The notes beneath the pieces were generated by a model. That model made no database searches. It was not told where the DNA came from and was given only the letters and a program-made list of their open reading frames with translations. Made by a program: the position numbers and the translations under genes. A stretch of 64,000 nucleotides of DNA from an uncultured candidatus Porisulfidus sp. (GTDB lineage Bacteria > Pseudomonadota > Gammaproteobacteria > Poriferisulfidales > Poriferisulfidaceae), in contig OY764335.1 of NCBI GenBank assembly GCA_963668445.1, forward strand, positions 854,346 to 918,345, in the 5' to 3' direction. This document shows, one piece after another, positions 47,089-57,752 of this stretch (positions are counted from its first letter, which is position 1; each line of letters starts with the position of its first letter).

Positions 47089-48846
47089 TTGAGCGCTTCG
47101 ACCCAGCTCCAGATTGTGCGCCGGCAGGCCGCGCCGGAGGCTTTGGCGGCCCTTGACGCAGCACCCTCCTTGTCGCCGCTTGAGCGGCGCGTATTCGCGC
47201 ATCGCGGCGTGACGGATCTTGGCGAGCTGGACCTGTCGCTGAACGCTCTGCTTCCGGTCGATGCGTTTCCGGCCTGCACGGAAGCCGCAGGCTTGCTGGA
47301 GTCCGTCATGCGGGAGGACGGAAAGATCCTGCTGATCGGGGATCACGACGCCGACGGTGCGACCGGCGTGGCGGTCGCCATGCGCAGCCTGCAGGCCATG
47401 GGCTATCCGCACGTGGCGTTTCTGGTGTCGAACCGCTTCGCGCATTCCGGGCGCGGCATCTGCCTGGAATTGATGGACGACATCCTACGGCAGGAGCCGG
47501 TGCTCATCGTCACCATTGACCATGGCATCGCCAACCGGGAAGCGATCGCCCAGGCGCAGGAGCGCGGCATCCGCGTTTTGGTAACCGACCACCATGAACT
47601 GCCGCTCGATGGCGCACCACCAGCGAGCTGCATCGTGCATCCGGACTATCCTGCCGGCAGTTTTGACAGCAAGCCGGCCGGCGTCGGCGTCATTTTCTAC
47701 GTCATGCTGGCATTGCGGCGGCGGCTGATCGAAAGCGGCTGGTTCGCGCAGCGGGCGCTCGACCCGCCACGCATGGCTGCCATGCTGGATTTGGTGGCCG
47801 TCGGTACGATTGCCGACCTTGTGCCGCTGGACCGCAACAACAGGATTCTGGTGGAACAAGGCTTGCAGTGCATCCGCAAGGGGCAGGGGGCGCCGGGCAT
47901 CGTATCGCTGTTGCGTTGCGCCAAGCGCGACCCGCGCTGCGCCAGCAGTGCCGATTTGGCATTCGCCGCTGCTCCGCGCATCAATGCTGCAGGGCGGATG
48001 GACGACATTTCGACCGGCATCCAGTGCCTTCTTGCAGAAGGCCGCGTGGCAGCCCACGATCTGGCCGTGCAACTGGACCGGATCAATGCGCAACGGCGCC
48101 ATCGGGGCGACGCCATGCAGAAGGAGGCGCTGCGCGAAGTGGACCGGCTGGAACTGGAGGCGACAGGCTTGCTGACGCTATGCCTGTACCGCCCCGAATG
48201 GCACGAAGGCCTGTCCGGCATTATCGCGGCGCGCCTGAAGGAGCAGCACGGCCTGCCTGCCATCGTGCTCGCGAACAGCCGGGAGCCCGGCATTTTGAAA
48301 GGTTCCGGGCGGTCCGTGCCGAATCTGAACCTGCGCAATGTGCTCGATCAGGTGCAGCAGGCGGATGGCGCCCTGATGCAAGGCCGCTATGGCGGCCACC
48401 CCATGGCGGTCGGGCTGCACCTGGAAGAAGCCGGGCTGGAGCGTTTCCGAACGCTGCTTGAAGCGACGGTGTCGCAGGCATTGGGCGGTGTGCGGCCGGG
48501 CCGCGTACTTGAGACGGATGGGGAGCTGGAGGCCGCCGAGTTCACCTGCGCGAATGCCGAATTCGCATCCACCGGGCATCCTTGGGGCAAGGATTTCGAC
48601 CCGCCGCTGTTCGAAGGCGAGTTCGAAGTCCAGGAGCACAGCGTCTTCAAGGGCGCCCATGTCCGCTTCCATCTGAACCCCGTCGACCACCCGGAATGCC
48701 ATCTCAAGGCGATGGCGTTTTCGCACGACCGCTTCGATTGGGAGCCCCGACAGGAGCGCTTGCGGCTGGTGTTTGAATTGCAGGTGGACGAGTTCCATGG
48801 CCATCGCGCCTGCATGCTGAACATTCGGCACATGGAACCGCTTTGA
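47089..48846 (+). CDS. recJ: Single-stranded-DNA-specific exonuclease RecJ
   Basis: DHH motifs (GDHDADGATG, DHH) and a DHHA1 domain. TTG start per ORF track. Confidence 0.92.
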   Translation: MSASTQLQIVRRQAAPEALAALDAAPSLSPLERRVFAHRGVTDLGELDLSLNALLPVDAFPACTEAAGLLESVMREDGKILLIGDHDADGATGVAVAMRSLQAMGYPHVAFLVSNRFAHSGRGICLELMDDILRQEPVLIVTIDHGIANREAIAQAQERGIRVLVTDHHELPLDGAPPASCIVHPDYPAGSFDSKPAGVGVIFYVMLALRRRLIESGWFAQRALDPPRMAAMLDLVAVGTIADLVPLDRNNRILVEQGLQCIRKGQGAPGIVSLLRCAKRDPRCASSADLAFAAAPRINAAGRMDDISTGIQCLLAEGRVAAHDLAVQLDRINAQRRHRGDAMQKEALREVDRLELEATGLLTLCLYRPEWHEGLSGIIAARLKEQHGLPAIVLANSREPGILKGSGRSVPNLNLRNVLDQVQQADGALMQGRYGGHPMAVGLHLEEAGLERFRTLLEATVSQALGGVRPGRVLETDGELEAAEFTCANAEFASTGHPWGKDFDPPLFEGEFEVQEHSVFKGAHVRFHLNPVDHPECHLKAMAFSHDRFDWEPRQERLRLVFELQVDEFHGHRACMLNIRHMEPL

Positions 48847-48849
48847 GCC

Positions 48850-49467
48850 ATGCGCGGCATCGTCGGCGGGATGTTCGACCCCATTCATTTCGGCCACTAC
48901 AAGCCAGCGCTGGAACTGATGCCGGTGCTGGGACTGGCGGAAATCCTCCTGATTCCCTGCGGGCAGCCGCCGCATCGGCCGCCGCCGCAGGCTTCGGCCG
49001 AGCATCGCTGGAACATGCTGCGGCTGGTCGCCGACGGGCAGCGGCTGGTCGCCGACGACCGGGAACTGAGGCGCGCCGGGCCTTCCTACATGCACGATAC
49101 GCTGCGTTCGTTGCGCGACGAGGCGGATGTGCCACTGTGCCTGCTGCTGGGAGCCGATGCTCTGGAGGGCCTGCCGGCATGGCATTGCGCCGAAGAACTG
49201 CTTGAGTTGTGCCATATCGCCGCACTGGCACGGCCGGGCCGGGTGCTGGGGGGAAGCCTTCCGGAAGCATGGCGGACGCGCTGTACGCAAGACCCGGAGA
49301 CCCTGCAGGCATCGCCATGTGGTAGCATTTATTTGCATCATGGCACGTTGCACGATCTTTCGTCCAGCCGAATCCGCGCCCTCGTCCGTTCCGGAACGCC
49401 GCCGCGATACTGCCTGCCCGGCCCGGTGTGGGCCTACATCCAACGCTACCGCTTGTACGCCGACTGA
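48850..49467 (+). CDS. nadD: Nicotinate-nucleotide adenylyltransferase
   Basis: GGxFDPxHxGH motif (GGMFDPIHFGHY) and a C-terminal SSSRIR motif. Confidence 0.92.
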   Translation: MRGIVGGMFDPIHFGHYKPALELMPVLGLAEILLIPCGQPPHRPPPQASAEHRWNMLRLVADGQRLVADDRELRRAGPSYMHDTLRSLRDEADVPLCLLLGADALEGLPAWHCAEELLELCHIAALARPGRVLGGSLPEAWRTRCTQDPETLQASPCGSIYLHHGTLHDLSSSRIRALVRSGTPPRYCLPGPVWAYIQRYRLYAD

Positions 49468-49472
49468 AGCGC

Positions 49473-49844
49473 ATGCCGCAGCGCACTGAGCCGCATCCGG
49501 ACGCCGCCACGCTCAAGCAGCTGGTGGTGGAGGCTCTGGAAGATATGAAGGCGGAGGAATTGGCGGTGCTGGACGTCCGCGCCATGACATCCATTACGGA
49601 TTACATGGTTGTGGCCAGCGGCCGTTCCGATCGGCATGTGCAGGGCATCGCCGACCACGTGGTCGCAAAGGTGCGGGAGTGCTACGGGCCGTCAGTGGCC
49701 GAGGAGCGTAGCCGCGATTGGGTGCTGCTGGATGCCGGGGATGTCGTGGCGCACGTCATGCTGCCGGAGACCCGGCGCATGTACAGTTTGGAGAAGCTCT
49801 GGTCGGTCGCGCCGTGCGATACGCACGCCGGCGCGGCGCTATGA
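49473..49844 (+). CDS. rsfS: Ribosomal silencing factor RsfS (Iojap)
   Basis: Iojap/RsfS homology (..DYMVVASGRSDRHVQGIADHV..). Conserved nadD-rsfS pairing. Confidence 0.88.
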   Translation: MPQRTEPHPDAATLKQLVVEALEDMKAEELAVLDVRAMTSITDYMVVASGRSDRHVQGIADHVVAKVRECYGPSVAEERSRDWVLLDAGDVVAHVMLPETRRMYSLEKLWSVAPCDTHAGAAL

Positions 49845-50413
49845 GCCGCCTGATTCTCGGTTCCGGGTCGCCGCGGCGAGCTGCCCTGCTGCGGCAGGCC
49901 GGCTTCGCGTTCGAACAGCGGCCGGTGCAGGTCGACGAATCGCCGCAGACGGGCGAAAGTGGTATCGTGCTGGTGGAACGCTTGGCACAGGCAAAAGCTG
50001 CAGCCTGTCTGGAAGCGCATCCGGAGGCTGTGGTGTTGGCGGCGGATACAGTGGCGTTGCGCCGGACGGGGCCGTGCGGCAAGCCTGCAAGCCGCGGCGA
50101 GTATGCGGCCATGATGCAGGAGTTCAGCGATGCGGCCCACACCATGCTCAGCGGCGTGTGCATCCGGTCCCGAAGCTGGCAGCGAATCTTCCATTGCGCC
50201 ACGGAAGTACGGTTTAGCCTGCTGCCTCCCGAATGGGTCGAGACGTACTGGCAAACCGGCGAGCCTCGGGATTGCGCGGGCGGCTACGCGATCCAAGGGG
50301 GTGCTGAAAGCTACGTTTGCGAGATTCGTGGCAGCTACACCAATGTTATGGGCCTGCCGATTTGCGAGACGCGCGCTGTGCTGGCGGAAGCCGGCATTCG
50401 GCCGATCCTGTGA
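49841..50413 (+). CDS. maf: Maf-like nucleoside triphosphate pyrophosphatase
   Basis: LILGSGSPRR N-terminal motif. Start overlaps the rsfS stop. Confidence 0.88.
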   Translation: MSRLILGSGSPRRAALLRQAGFAFEQRPVQVDESPQTGESGIVLVERLAQAKAAACLEAHPEAVVLAADTVALRRTGPCGKPASRGEYAAMMQEFSDAAHTMLSGVCIRSRSWQRIFHCATEVRFSLLPPEWVETYWQTGEPRDCAGGYAIQGGAESYVCEIRGSYTNVMGLPICETRAVLAEAGIRPIL

Positions 50414-50613
50414 CCGGCGGCTCGGGTGGCGGGGCCGCTTCAGGCCGGACCTTGGCCGGGGCAAGGCCGCGATGTCGGCCGTTTGGCGATGGACGCGACC
50501 GGCGCAATGCCTCTTTCAAGCCGTACAATTGCGCATGCAATTGGCTGTGCCGGACTCCAGAGCGATGTGGCGAACGCCGCTATGCGGGCACGGCATGAAC
50601 GGGAGCCGTCACG

Positions 50614-53600
50614 TTGATCCATAAACTCGGAAACTTTCTCGCGTGGACGCTGGCGGCGGCGGCGCTGGCACTGGCGCTGATTTCGATAGTCGTGCGGGTG
50701 CTTCTGTTCACGCTGGATGACGCCCGCCCGTTCCTAGCGCAAAAAGTCGCCGAGACGCTGAACGCCAAGATGTCGGTGGGCCGTGCCTCCAGCGAATGGC
50801 TTGGGACGTACCCCACTATCGTGCTGGAAGACGTCACGTTGCGGTTCCATGGGGCGCAGGCCGTGCATCGTTTCGAGCATATGTCGTTCAGCCTTGACAT
50901 AGTCGGCAGCTTCTTGGAATTAGCCCCCGTGCCGGGCAATTTTCTGGTGCTGCACGGCTCCGTGCATCTATGGCGCATGGCCGACGGGAGTTGGACGCTG
51001 GAGGGCATGCCGTTGGACGTACAGCAGTCCCGTTGGGCGTTTCCGTTCAACCAGGTGCGCGTCCGGGATGTCGATGTGACGCTTCAAGACCGGGCAACGG
51101 AAGAACGCCTGCATCTGGGTTCGGTGGATGTGGACATGACCCACAATTTTCGGGGTTTGGAAATCCAAGCCCGCGCCCGGAAAGGTTCGCAGCATGCGGG
51201 CAGCGCGGAATTGCACGCTCGCTTCGATGCCCAAGGCTCGGGCCGCGCCGTTTTGCATACCGCCAAGACGCAGGCAGGCAAGCTGCGCTTGTGGCTGCCG
51301 GAGTGGGTGCAGCAAAGCTTGGCTTGGCTTCCGGCCGACACCCAGGTTTGGCTGGATGCGCAGTCGGCTTGGCATGCCGGTGCGCTGCAGTCCGTGGTCA
51401 TGCACGTCGAATTGGCTCGCCCGGCTCACGCGGATTGGCGCCATATGTCGTCCATGCTCGAATGGCGTGAGGACGGCGAGGGAGACCGCCTGAGGCTGGA
51501 GAATCTGCGGCTGGATCAGGACCTCGTCATGGCGCAGGGCCGCTTGGCGCGTTACGGCGGCGGCATGCATTGGTCGCTCGCGGGACTCGATGTGATGGCA
51601 GCGCAGCGCTGGGCAGGGGCCGTGGGACTGGAAGCTTGGATGGAGCTGCTCCCGATGCGGGTGGAGGCGGGCGAAGTGCTTTCGATGCAGGGGACCAGCC
51701 GCGAATCCGAAGGGCCGGACGGTTTGGCGTTGGACATGGAGTTCCGAGATGTGCAGGTCGCAAGCGAATCGGGGGAATTCGGTCTCGGCAAACTGCATGG
51801 CGAACTCGCCGTGGCCAAGCGGCGCATCCGCATGGAGCTGAAGTCCGAGGCGTTGACGGTGGATTATGCGCCTTGGAATTTTTCGAGCATGTCATTGGGA
51901 TCGGCCCGGATGCAGGCGGACGGTCGGTGGACCGATGCGATGTGCTGCATGCTCAATCTGCGCGAATTCGAAATATCCGGCCCGGCGCTGCAGGTTCGAG
52001 GCTCGGGCGGCATACGTCCGGAGGATTCGGGACGAGTGCTGCTGAATGCGGAAATTGTCGATGCGGACATGCACGCGGTGTCGCAATGGCTGCCGCCGGG
52101 CCTGCTTCTGGAAGCTGATGAGGAATGGGTGCGCACGGCCTTTAAGGCCGGGCGGCTGCATCAGGCCCGTTTGCGTTTGGATGCGCCCTTAGAAGGGGAG
52201 GACACTGCGGCATCGCCTTTCGAACTGACGCTGGACGGAAGCTTCGAAGGGTTGGAACTGGATTACGAGCCGCCGCTGTCGCGGCTGCGCGAGGCGAAAG
52301 GGCATGTGCACTTGGACAAGGCTTCGCTCCATGTCGTGCTGCAGGCAGGGAAAATGCGGGAATCCGCGCTGTCGCACGGCGCGGTATGGATCGAGGATCT
52401 GGGTTTGATGGAGATGCAGGCAAGCGCTCTGGCGCATGGGCCGGCCGAAGATCCGCCGGCCTATCTGGAGGAAGTCGATGCGCTGGGCCCGGCGTTCCTC
52501 GAAACGGTCGAACTGGCGGGCGAGTCGGAGACGTATTTCCAAATGGAACTGCCGCTGGACGAGCGCATCCGGAAGCAGGAGCGCGTCACGGGTCGGCTGG
52601 CGTATGCCGGAAACGAACTTCGGATTCCGGCGAACGACCTGCTCTTGCAGGAGGTTTCCGGCGAATTGCACTTGGAGGACGAGGCGCTGCATGGAGCCCT
52701 GCAGGGCAAGCTTTCGCGACAGGGCGAGATGGGTGCGATCAAGGTCGAAACCGTCGAGGGCGAGATTCGGGTCGCGGCGACCATGCAAGCCTCGCCGAAG
52801 GCGTTCATGCCGCAAGCGGTGCGCCCGTCGTTCGCGTGGCTGACCGGCCAGTCCGACTGGGCCATCGAAGTGCTGATTCCCGGCGTGTCGGAACGGTCCA
52901 AACGTCGGCATGTGGACATCGTCGCGCAGAGCGACTTTAAGGGAGTGGCGCTGGACATGCCGGAGCCGCTGGGGAAGCGGAAGGAGGAGGCGCAGCCGGT
53001 CGAAGTCCAAGCGGCATTGGATATGGAACGGAAAGCGCGCGTGGTCGTCAACTATGACAACCGGGTGCAAGCGGTTTTGGATGCGACGACGCGCCGGGTG
53101 ACCGGCACGATCCAACTGGGTTCGCAGCGGCCTGTTGCCGCCCCGAAGGCGCTGGTGCTGACCGGGAGGCTGGAACAAGCCGATATTGGCGCATGGATGG
53201 ACTGGATGGAGCGAGGTGCCGGAATGGGCGGGGCATTGCCGGAAATATCCGCTCTGGAAATCGGCGCCTTGAAGGGGTACGGCATCGACCTCGAAAATGC
53301 CAGGCTTTCGGTCCGACCGGAGCAGGAAGGATGGGGCGTCTTCATCGATGCAGGCGAGGTTCGCGGCAGCATGCATGTGCCGAAGGCATCCGGGCAGCCG
53401 GTGCGTGGCGCATTCGAGCAGATGCATTTCCGCATGCAGGACGCGGAGGACGACCCTGCGCCGAGCAGCGCACGGATGAAGCCGCAAGACGTCTCGCCGC
53501 TGGAATTGACGTTCGACCAGCTCCAGCTGGGGCAGTACGCGCTGCAGAACGTGGCGTTGCATGCCGCACCGGATGAGCAGGGATTGCGGTTCGACAAGGT

Positions 53601-54321
53601 GCATGCGGAGGCGAGCCGCTTCAACGCCGACTTGACCGGCCATTGGCGACTGACGCAAGACGGGGAGCAGACGCTGCTGAGCGGCACGGCGCATTCGGGG
53701 GATTTGGAGGAGACATTGCGGTCTTGGGGCATCAGCCATTCGCTGCGCCAAGGGCGCATGACGCTGACGGGAGCCGTGCAATGGCCGGGAGCGCCATCCG
53801 ACTATGCGTTTCAGGCCCTGCAGGGCCAGATCGAGATCAAGGGCCGCGACGGACGCATCCGGCACTTGACGCCGGAGTACGCGCGCCTTCTGGCGCTGCT
53901 GAATCTGGAGATGATCTTCGATCGCTTGGAACTGGACTTCGACGATGTGTTGCGGGGTGGCTTTACCTATCAGTCGGCCGAAGGCAAGTTCGACATCCAA
54001 AGCGGCAATTTGTACACGACCGGCTTCCGCATCGTAGGCCCCTCGGCCCAATTTCTGCTGGTGGGCCGCATTGGGATTGCCGACGAGGATTACGATCTTC
54101 AGGTGGTCGCCACGCCGGAGACGAGCGTGCTGCTGCCGGTTGCAGCCGGTGCGGTCGCCGGGCCGGTCGGGATTGGCGCGGCGTATATAGGCAACAAGCT
54201 GCTGGAGCTCTTCGGCGCAGGCATCAACAAGGCGACGACGGTCGCCTACCGTGTGACCGGTTCTTGGTCGGAGCCGGTCGTCGAGGAGATTCCCGTAGAG
54301 AACGACGCAGGCGGGGAGTAG
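50614..54321 (+). CDS. yhdP: YhdP-family (AsmA2/TamB-like) inner-membrane protein
   Basis: 1235 aa. N-terminal TM anchor and a C-terminal AsmA2-type domain (..RLELDFDDVLRGGFTYQSAEGKFDIQSGNLYT..). Adjacent to maf, as yhdE-yhdP in E. coli. Confidence 0.8.
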   Translation: MIHKLGNFLAWTLAAAALALALISIVVRVLLFTLDDARPFLAQKVAETLNAKMSVGRASSEWLGTYPTIVLEDVTLRFHGAQAVHRFEHMSFSLDIVGSFLELAPVPGNFLVLHGSVHLWRMADGSWTLEGMPLDVQQSRWAFPFNQVRVRDVDVTLQDRATEERLHLGSVDVDMTHNFRGLEIQARARKGSQHAGSAELHARFDAQGSGRAVLHTAKTQAGKLRLWLPEWVQQSLAWLPADTQVWLDAQSAWHAGALQSVVMHVELARPAHADWRHMSSMLEWREDGEGDRLRLENLRLDQDLVMAQGRLARYGGGMHWSLAGLDVMAAQRWAGAVGLEAWMELLPMRVEAGEVLSMQGTSRESEGPDGLALDMEFRDVQVASESGEFGLGKLHGELAVAKRRIRMELKSEALTVDYAPWNFSSMSLGSARMQADGRWTDAMCCMLNLREFEISGPALQVRGSGGIRPEDSGRVLLNAEIVDADMHAVSQWLPPGLLLEADEEWVRTAFKAGRLHQARLRLDAPLEGEDTAASPFELTLDGSFEGLELDYEPPLSRLREAKGHVHLDKASLHVVLQAGKMRESALSHGAVWIEDLGLMEMQASALAHGPAEDPPAYLEEVDALGPAFLETVELAGESETYFQMELPLDERIRKQERVTGRLAYAGNELRIPANDLLLQEVSGELHLEDEALHGALQGKLSRQGEMGAIKVETVEGEIRVAATMQASPKAFMPQAVRPSFAWLTGQSDWAIEVLIPGVSERSKRRHVDIVAQSDFKGVALDMPEPLGKRKEEAQPVEVQAALDMERKARVVVNYDNRVQAVLDATTRRVTGTIQLGSQRPVAAPKALVLTGRLEQADIGAWMDWMERGAGMGGALPEISALEIGALKGYGIDLENARLSVRPEQEGWGVFIDAGEVRGSMHVPKASGQPVRGAFEQMHFRMQDAEDDPAPSSARMKPQDVSPLELTFDQLQLGQYALQNVALHAAPDEQGLRFDKVHAEASRFNADLTGHWRLTQDGEQTLLSGTAHSGDLEETLRSWGISHSLRQGRMTLTGAVQWPGAPSDYAFQALQGQIEIKGRDGRIRHLTPEYARLLALLNLEMIFDRLELDFDDVLRGGFTYQSAEGKFDIQSGNLYTTGFRIVGPSAQFLLVGRIGIADEDYDLQVVATPETSVLLPVAAGAVAGPVGIGAAYIGNKLLELFGAGINKATTVAYRVTGSWSEPVVEEIPVENDAGGE

Positions 54322-54330
54322 TGCGCCTGT

Positions 54331-56295
54331 TCAAGCCGTTGGCGGACTGGGCTGCCCCGCTTCCGGCTTGGAGGGGCTGGCGGCAGGCGAACTGCTGCTC
54401 CCGGCTTGCGGAGCGCCTGCTGTGCGGCCGCCGCCTCTGCGGTTGCGTCCGCCGCGTCGGCCTCGCCGCCGCCGCGAAGAACCGGATGTCTTTTCGGCTT
54501 CGCCGCCGGAACGTCCGTTTTGGCCGCGAGGCGATGCTTGTTGGCGTCTTCTACGGCGCGGGCGCTGCGGTTCGGATGCCGAAGGCTTGCGTGCCTCGGT
54601 CTTCGGTGCCGGACGCGAGGTGGAGGGGGGGCGCTTGAGCAGATTGAGAACCAGCCCGAACAAGCCGCGCTTGGGGCGTCCGGGAGAGGCGACGATGTGT
54701 TCGGCCACATCGACCGCAGGCTTCTCGATATGCGGGCGCCGGGCCTGCTCGCCGCGTACGGGGCGCGGCTCGGTCTGCGGTTCGGCAGGCTCGTGGGCCG
54801 CGAGGTTCTGATAGTCGAAGCGGCGCAGCAGTTCTGGATCGTCTTCCCGATAGCGATGCATCCGGTAGTGCGGCGTCTCCAATTCTTGCACCGGAAGCAG
54901 GCGGATATGCGGTCCGTGCCGATGGGTGATCCGGTCGATGTTGTCGCGCTTCTCGTTGAGCAGATAGGTCGTCACCTCAATCGGCAGTTCCGCGACGACC
55001 ATGCCGGTGTTTTGCTTCATCGCCTCTTCTTCGATGAGGCGCAGGATGGCCAGGGACAGGGATTGGACGGTACGGATGGTGCCGTGGCCATTGCAGCGCG
55101 GACAGGTCATTTGCGTAAATTCCCCAAGCGCCGGGCGCAGCCGTTGGCGCGACAGTTCCAGCAGGCCGAACCGGGAGATGCGTCCGATTTGCACGCGGGC
55201 TCGATCGGGGCGGGTGTGTTCCCGAAATTCGTTCTCCACCTTCTTCTGGTTGGCGACGCTGGCCATGTCGATGAAGTCGATCACGATCAAACCGCCCAAG
55301 TCCCGCAGGCGCAGCTGCCGCGCAATTTCCGCCGCTGCTTCCAGATTGGTGCGCAGGGCCGTGGTTTCGATGTCGCCGCCTTTCGTAGCGCGCGCCGAGT
55401 TGATGTCGATGGAGACCAGCGCTTCAGTATGGTCGATGGCGATCGTGCCGCCTGCCGGCAGACGGATGACGCGGTTGTGGGCCGATTCGATCTGGCTTTC
55501 GATCTGGTAGTGGCTGAACAGAGGCGTCGTGTCTTCGTAAAGGTGGATGTGCTTGAGGTATTGCGGCGCCATCCGTTCGGCGAACCGGCACGCCTGCTGA
55601 TAGGCTTCTTCGCTATCGATCAGCACTTCGCCGATATCGTCGCGCAGGTTGTCGCGCAAGGTGCGCACGACGGCATCGTTGTCGCTGTAGATCATGAACG
55701 GCGCCGGCTTCTTGGCAGCTTCCTGAATGGCTTCCCAGAGTCGGATCTGGTTGTCGAGGTCCCATTGCAGTTCTTCGGCGCTGTGGCCGATCCCCGCCGT
55801 GCGGATGATCATGCCGCCGCCTTCGACGGGCTTCATTTGCGCGATGGTCTTTTGCAGTTCTTCCCGGTCCTCGCCCTCAATTTGGCGCGAGATGCCGCTG
55901 GCGCGCGAGTTGTTCGGCGTCAGCACGAGGTAGCGTCCGGGAAGGCTGGGATACGTCGTCAACGCCGCACCCTTGTTGCCGCGTTCGTCCTGCGTGATCT
56001 GAACGACCAGCTCTTGGCCGTTTTGCACCGCTTCCCGGATGGAAGCCGCGCTGCGTGCCCGGTAGTATTCGGGGGCAATTTCCCGGAAAGGCAGAAATCC
56101 GTGGCGCGGTGCGCCGTAATCCACGAAAGCCGCATCGAGGCTGGGCTCGACGCGAACGACTTTGGCTTTGTAGATGTTGGATTTCTTCTGTCGCTCTCCG
56201 GTCAGCTCAATATCGAGGTCGTACAGCTCTTGGCCGTCGACCATGGCCACGCGCACTTCTTCCTGCTGCATGGCATTGACAAGAATTCGTTTCAT
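54331..56295 (-). CDS. rne: Ribonuclease E (short form: catalytic domain plus ~150-aa Arg-rich C-terminal tail)
   Basis: N-terminus [30 protein letters not shown] is nearly identical to E. coli RNase E (closer than to RNase G). S1, DNase I-like and Zn-link (CPRCNGHG) regions present. Divergent from rluC as in E. coli. Start placed at MKRIL (56295), not the ORF-track 56568. Confidence 0.85.
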   Translation of the reverse strand: MKRILVNAMQQEEVRVAMVDGQELYDLDIELTGERQKKSNIYKAKVVRVEPSLDAAFVDYGAPRHGFLPFREIAPEYYRARSAASIREAVQNGQELVVQITQDERGNKGAALTTYPSLPGRYLVLTPNNSRASGISRQIEGEDREELQKTIAQMKPVEGGGMIIRTAGIGHSAEELQWDLDNQIRLWEAIQEAAKKPAPFMIYSDNDAVVRTLRDNLRDDIGEVLIDSEEAYQQACRFAERMAPQYLKHIHLYEDTTPLFSHYQIESQIESAHNRVIRLPAGGTIAIDHTEALVSIDINSARATKGGDIETTALRTNLEAAAEIARQLRLRDLGGLIVIDFIDMASVANQKKVENEFREHTRPDRARVQIGRISRFGLLELSRQRLRPALGEFTQMTCPRCNGHGTIRTVQSLSLAILRLIEEEAMKQNTGMVVAELPIEVTTYLLNEKRDNIDRITHRHGPHIRLLPVQELETPHYRMHRYREDDPELLRRFDYQNLAAHEPAEPQTEPRPVRGEQARRPHIEKPAVDVAEHIVASPGRPKRGLFGLVLNLLKRPPSTSRPAPKTEARKPSASEPQRPRRRRRQQASPRGQNGRSGGEAEKTSGSSRRRRGRRGGRNRRGGGRTAGAPQAGSSSSPAASPSKPEAGQPSPPTA

Positions 56296-56601
56296 GATGG
56301 TTCCGTTGCGGTTGCAGTGTTCCTGCCATACGTTCGGCAGCATCCGGACTCGCGCCGGACGGTGCCATGCGCAGGTAATGCATATGCAAGGCAGCCGCAG
56401 CGTGCCTCGCCGGCGTATGGCGGGCAGCAAAAAGTCGATCCGGCGTGCGGCCGGAGCGTGGGGCAATGAAATGATCGGCCACGGTAACTCTTTGCGGTAA
56501 CTAATCAGATGCAGATCCGCACGCCATCGGCGGCGGCCTCTGCGATGTTCTAGGGACTCAGTATACATTATGATGAGGATTTCGCTCCGTCAATCCCGCC
56601 A

Positions 56602-57567
56602 ATGGCCTCCGAAACAGCCTCTCCGTCCGTCCGCCCGGCGCGGCAGGTCGCCGTGGATCCGGCGGACGACGGACGGCGCTTGGACAACTTCCTTCTGACC
56701 CGGGTCGACGTTCCGCGCCGGGCCGTGTACCGATGGATCCGAACCGGGCAGGTGCGCGTCAATCGCGGCCGCGCACCGCCGTCGCGCCGTTTGCATGCCG
56801 GCGATGAAGTGCGGATTCCGCCGTTCCGCTTAGACGGCCTGCAGGGCCTTGGCCGTACGCCGCCGGACATCTCGCTGCCCGTGTTGTACGAGGACGAGAA
56901 CCTGCTGATTCTCAACAAGCCGCCGGGTCTGGCCGTGCATGGCGGCAGCCGGCTCGGCTTCGGGCTGATCGATGTGCTTCGGGCGCATTCGGGCGTGGAA
57001 GGCTTTTTGGAACTGGCGCACCGGCTGGACCGCGGCAGCAGCGGATGTCTGGTACTGGCACGCAATCGCGACGCGTTGCGGCATGTGCAAGCGCAGTGGC
57101 AGGCCCAAGAGGCCGCCAAGACCTATTGGATGTTGGCGGCAGGCCAGTGGCGAGGCGGTTCGCGGGACGTGCGCCAGCCGCTGCGGGTCAATCGCCGGCA
57201 TGCCAAGCATCGCAAGACGGTCGCCGATGCGGAAGGGCGCGAAGCCCATACGCAGTTCCAGCCGCTGGAGCAGTTCGAACAGGCCTGTCTGCTGGAGGCA
57301 CGGATTGCCACAGGCCGCACGCATCAGATCCGCGTGCATGCCAGCGGACTCGGCCATCCGATCATCGGCGACGACCGCTACGGCGACCGCAAGGTCAATC
57401 GCTGGGCGGAGCAGCACGGGTTCAGGCGGCTATTCCTGCACGCTCGCACCTTGGAACTGGCGCATCCTTTGCGGCAAACAGCCATCAAGGTCACAGCTCC
57501 TTTGGACAGTGCCTGCGAGCGGCTGCTGGCCAATTTGCGGAGCGAACGGCCAGATTCCAGCCCCTAG
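56602..57567 (+). CDS. rluC: 23S rRNA pseudouridine synthase RluC
   Basis: S4-like domain plus RluA-family catalytic motif (HRLDRGSSGCLVLAR). Divergent from rne. Confidence 0.85.
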   Translation: MASETASPSVRPARQVAVDPADDGRRLDNFLLTRVDVPRRAVYRWIRTGQVRVNRGRAPPSRRLHAGDEVRIPPFRLDGLQGLGRTPPDISLPVLYEDENLLILNKPPGLAVHGGSRLGFGLIDVLRAHSGVEGFLELAHRLDRGSSGCLVLARNRDALRHVQAQWQAQEAAKTYWMLAAGQWRGGSRDVRQPLRVNRRHAKHRKTVADAEGREAHTQFQPLEQFEQACLLEARIATGRTHQIRVHASGLGHPIIGDDRYGDRKVNRWAEQHGFRRLFLHARTLELAHPLRQTAIKVTAPLDSACERLLANLRSERPDSSP

Positions 57568-57602
57568 CAAGCCGACTCGGAGCAGGGGCGTGCCGGAGGT
57601 CT

Positions 57603-57611
57603 TGCTATAAT
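57603..57611 (+). promoter_or_regulatory. Candidate extended -10 element (TGcTATAAT) upstream of tRNA-Arg
   Basis: Sequence motif; the same TGCTATAAT nonamer occurs in the rpsL promoter at 10765-10773. Confidence 0.35.
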
Positions 57612-57642
57612 TTCCGTGTGCCGCAGAGTCGGCCAGCCCTGT

Positions 57643-57719
57643 GCGCCCGTAGCTCAGTTGGATAGAGTGTGTGGCTACGAACCACAAGGTCGGGGGTTCG
57701 AATCCCTCCGGGCGCGCCA
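57643..57719 (+). tRNA. tRNA-Arg (anticodon ACG)
   Basis: Manual fold: 7-bp acceptor stem GCGCCCG/CGGGCGC, D-arm AGCTCAGTTGGATAGAGT, anticodon stem TGTGG/CCACA with loop CTACGAA, T-arm GGGGGTTCGAATCCCTC, 3' CCA encoded. Confidence 0.9.
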
Positions 57720-57752
57720 TGGCCTGCTGGAATCAGACATCGCGAGGGAAAG

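Noticed and set aside
56296-56568. ORF-track 91-aa N-terminal extension of RNase E ([15 protein letters not shown]...)
   Set aside because: Alignment to RNase E begins exactly at [13 protein letters not shown] (56295). The extension is Arg/Cys-rich and runs into the rluC divergent promoter region.
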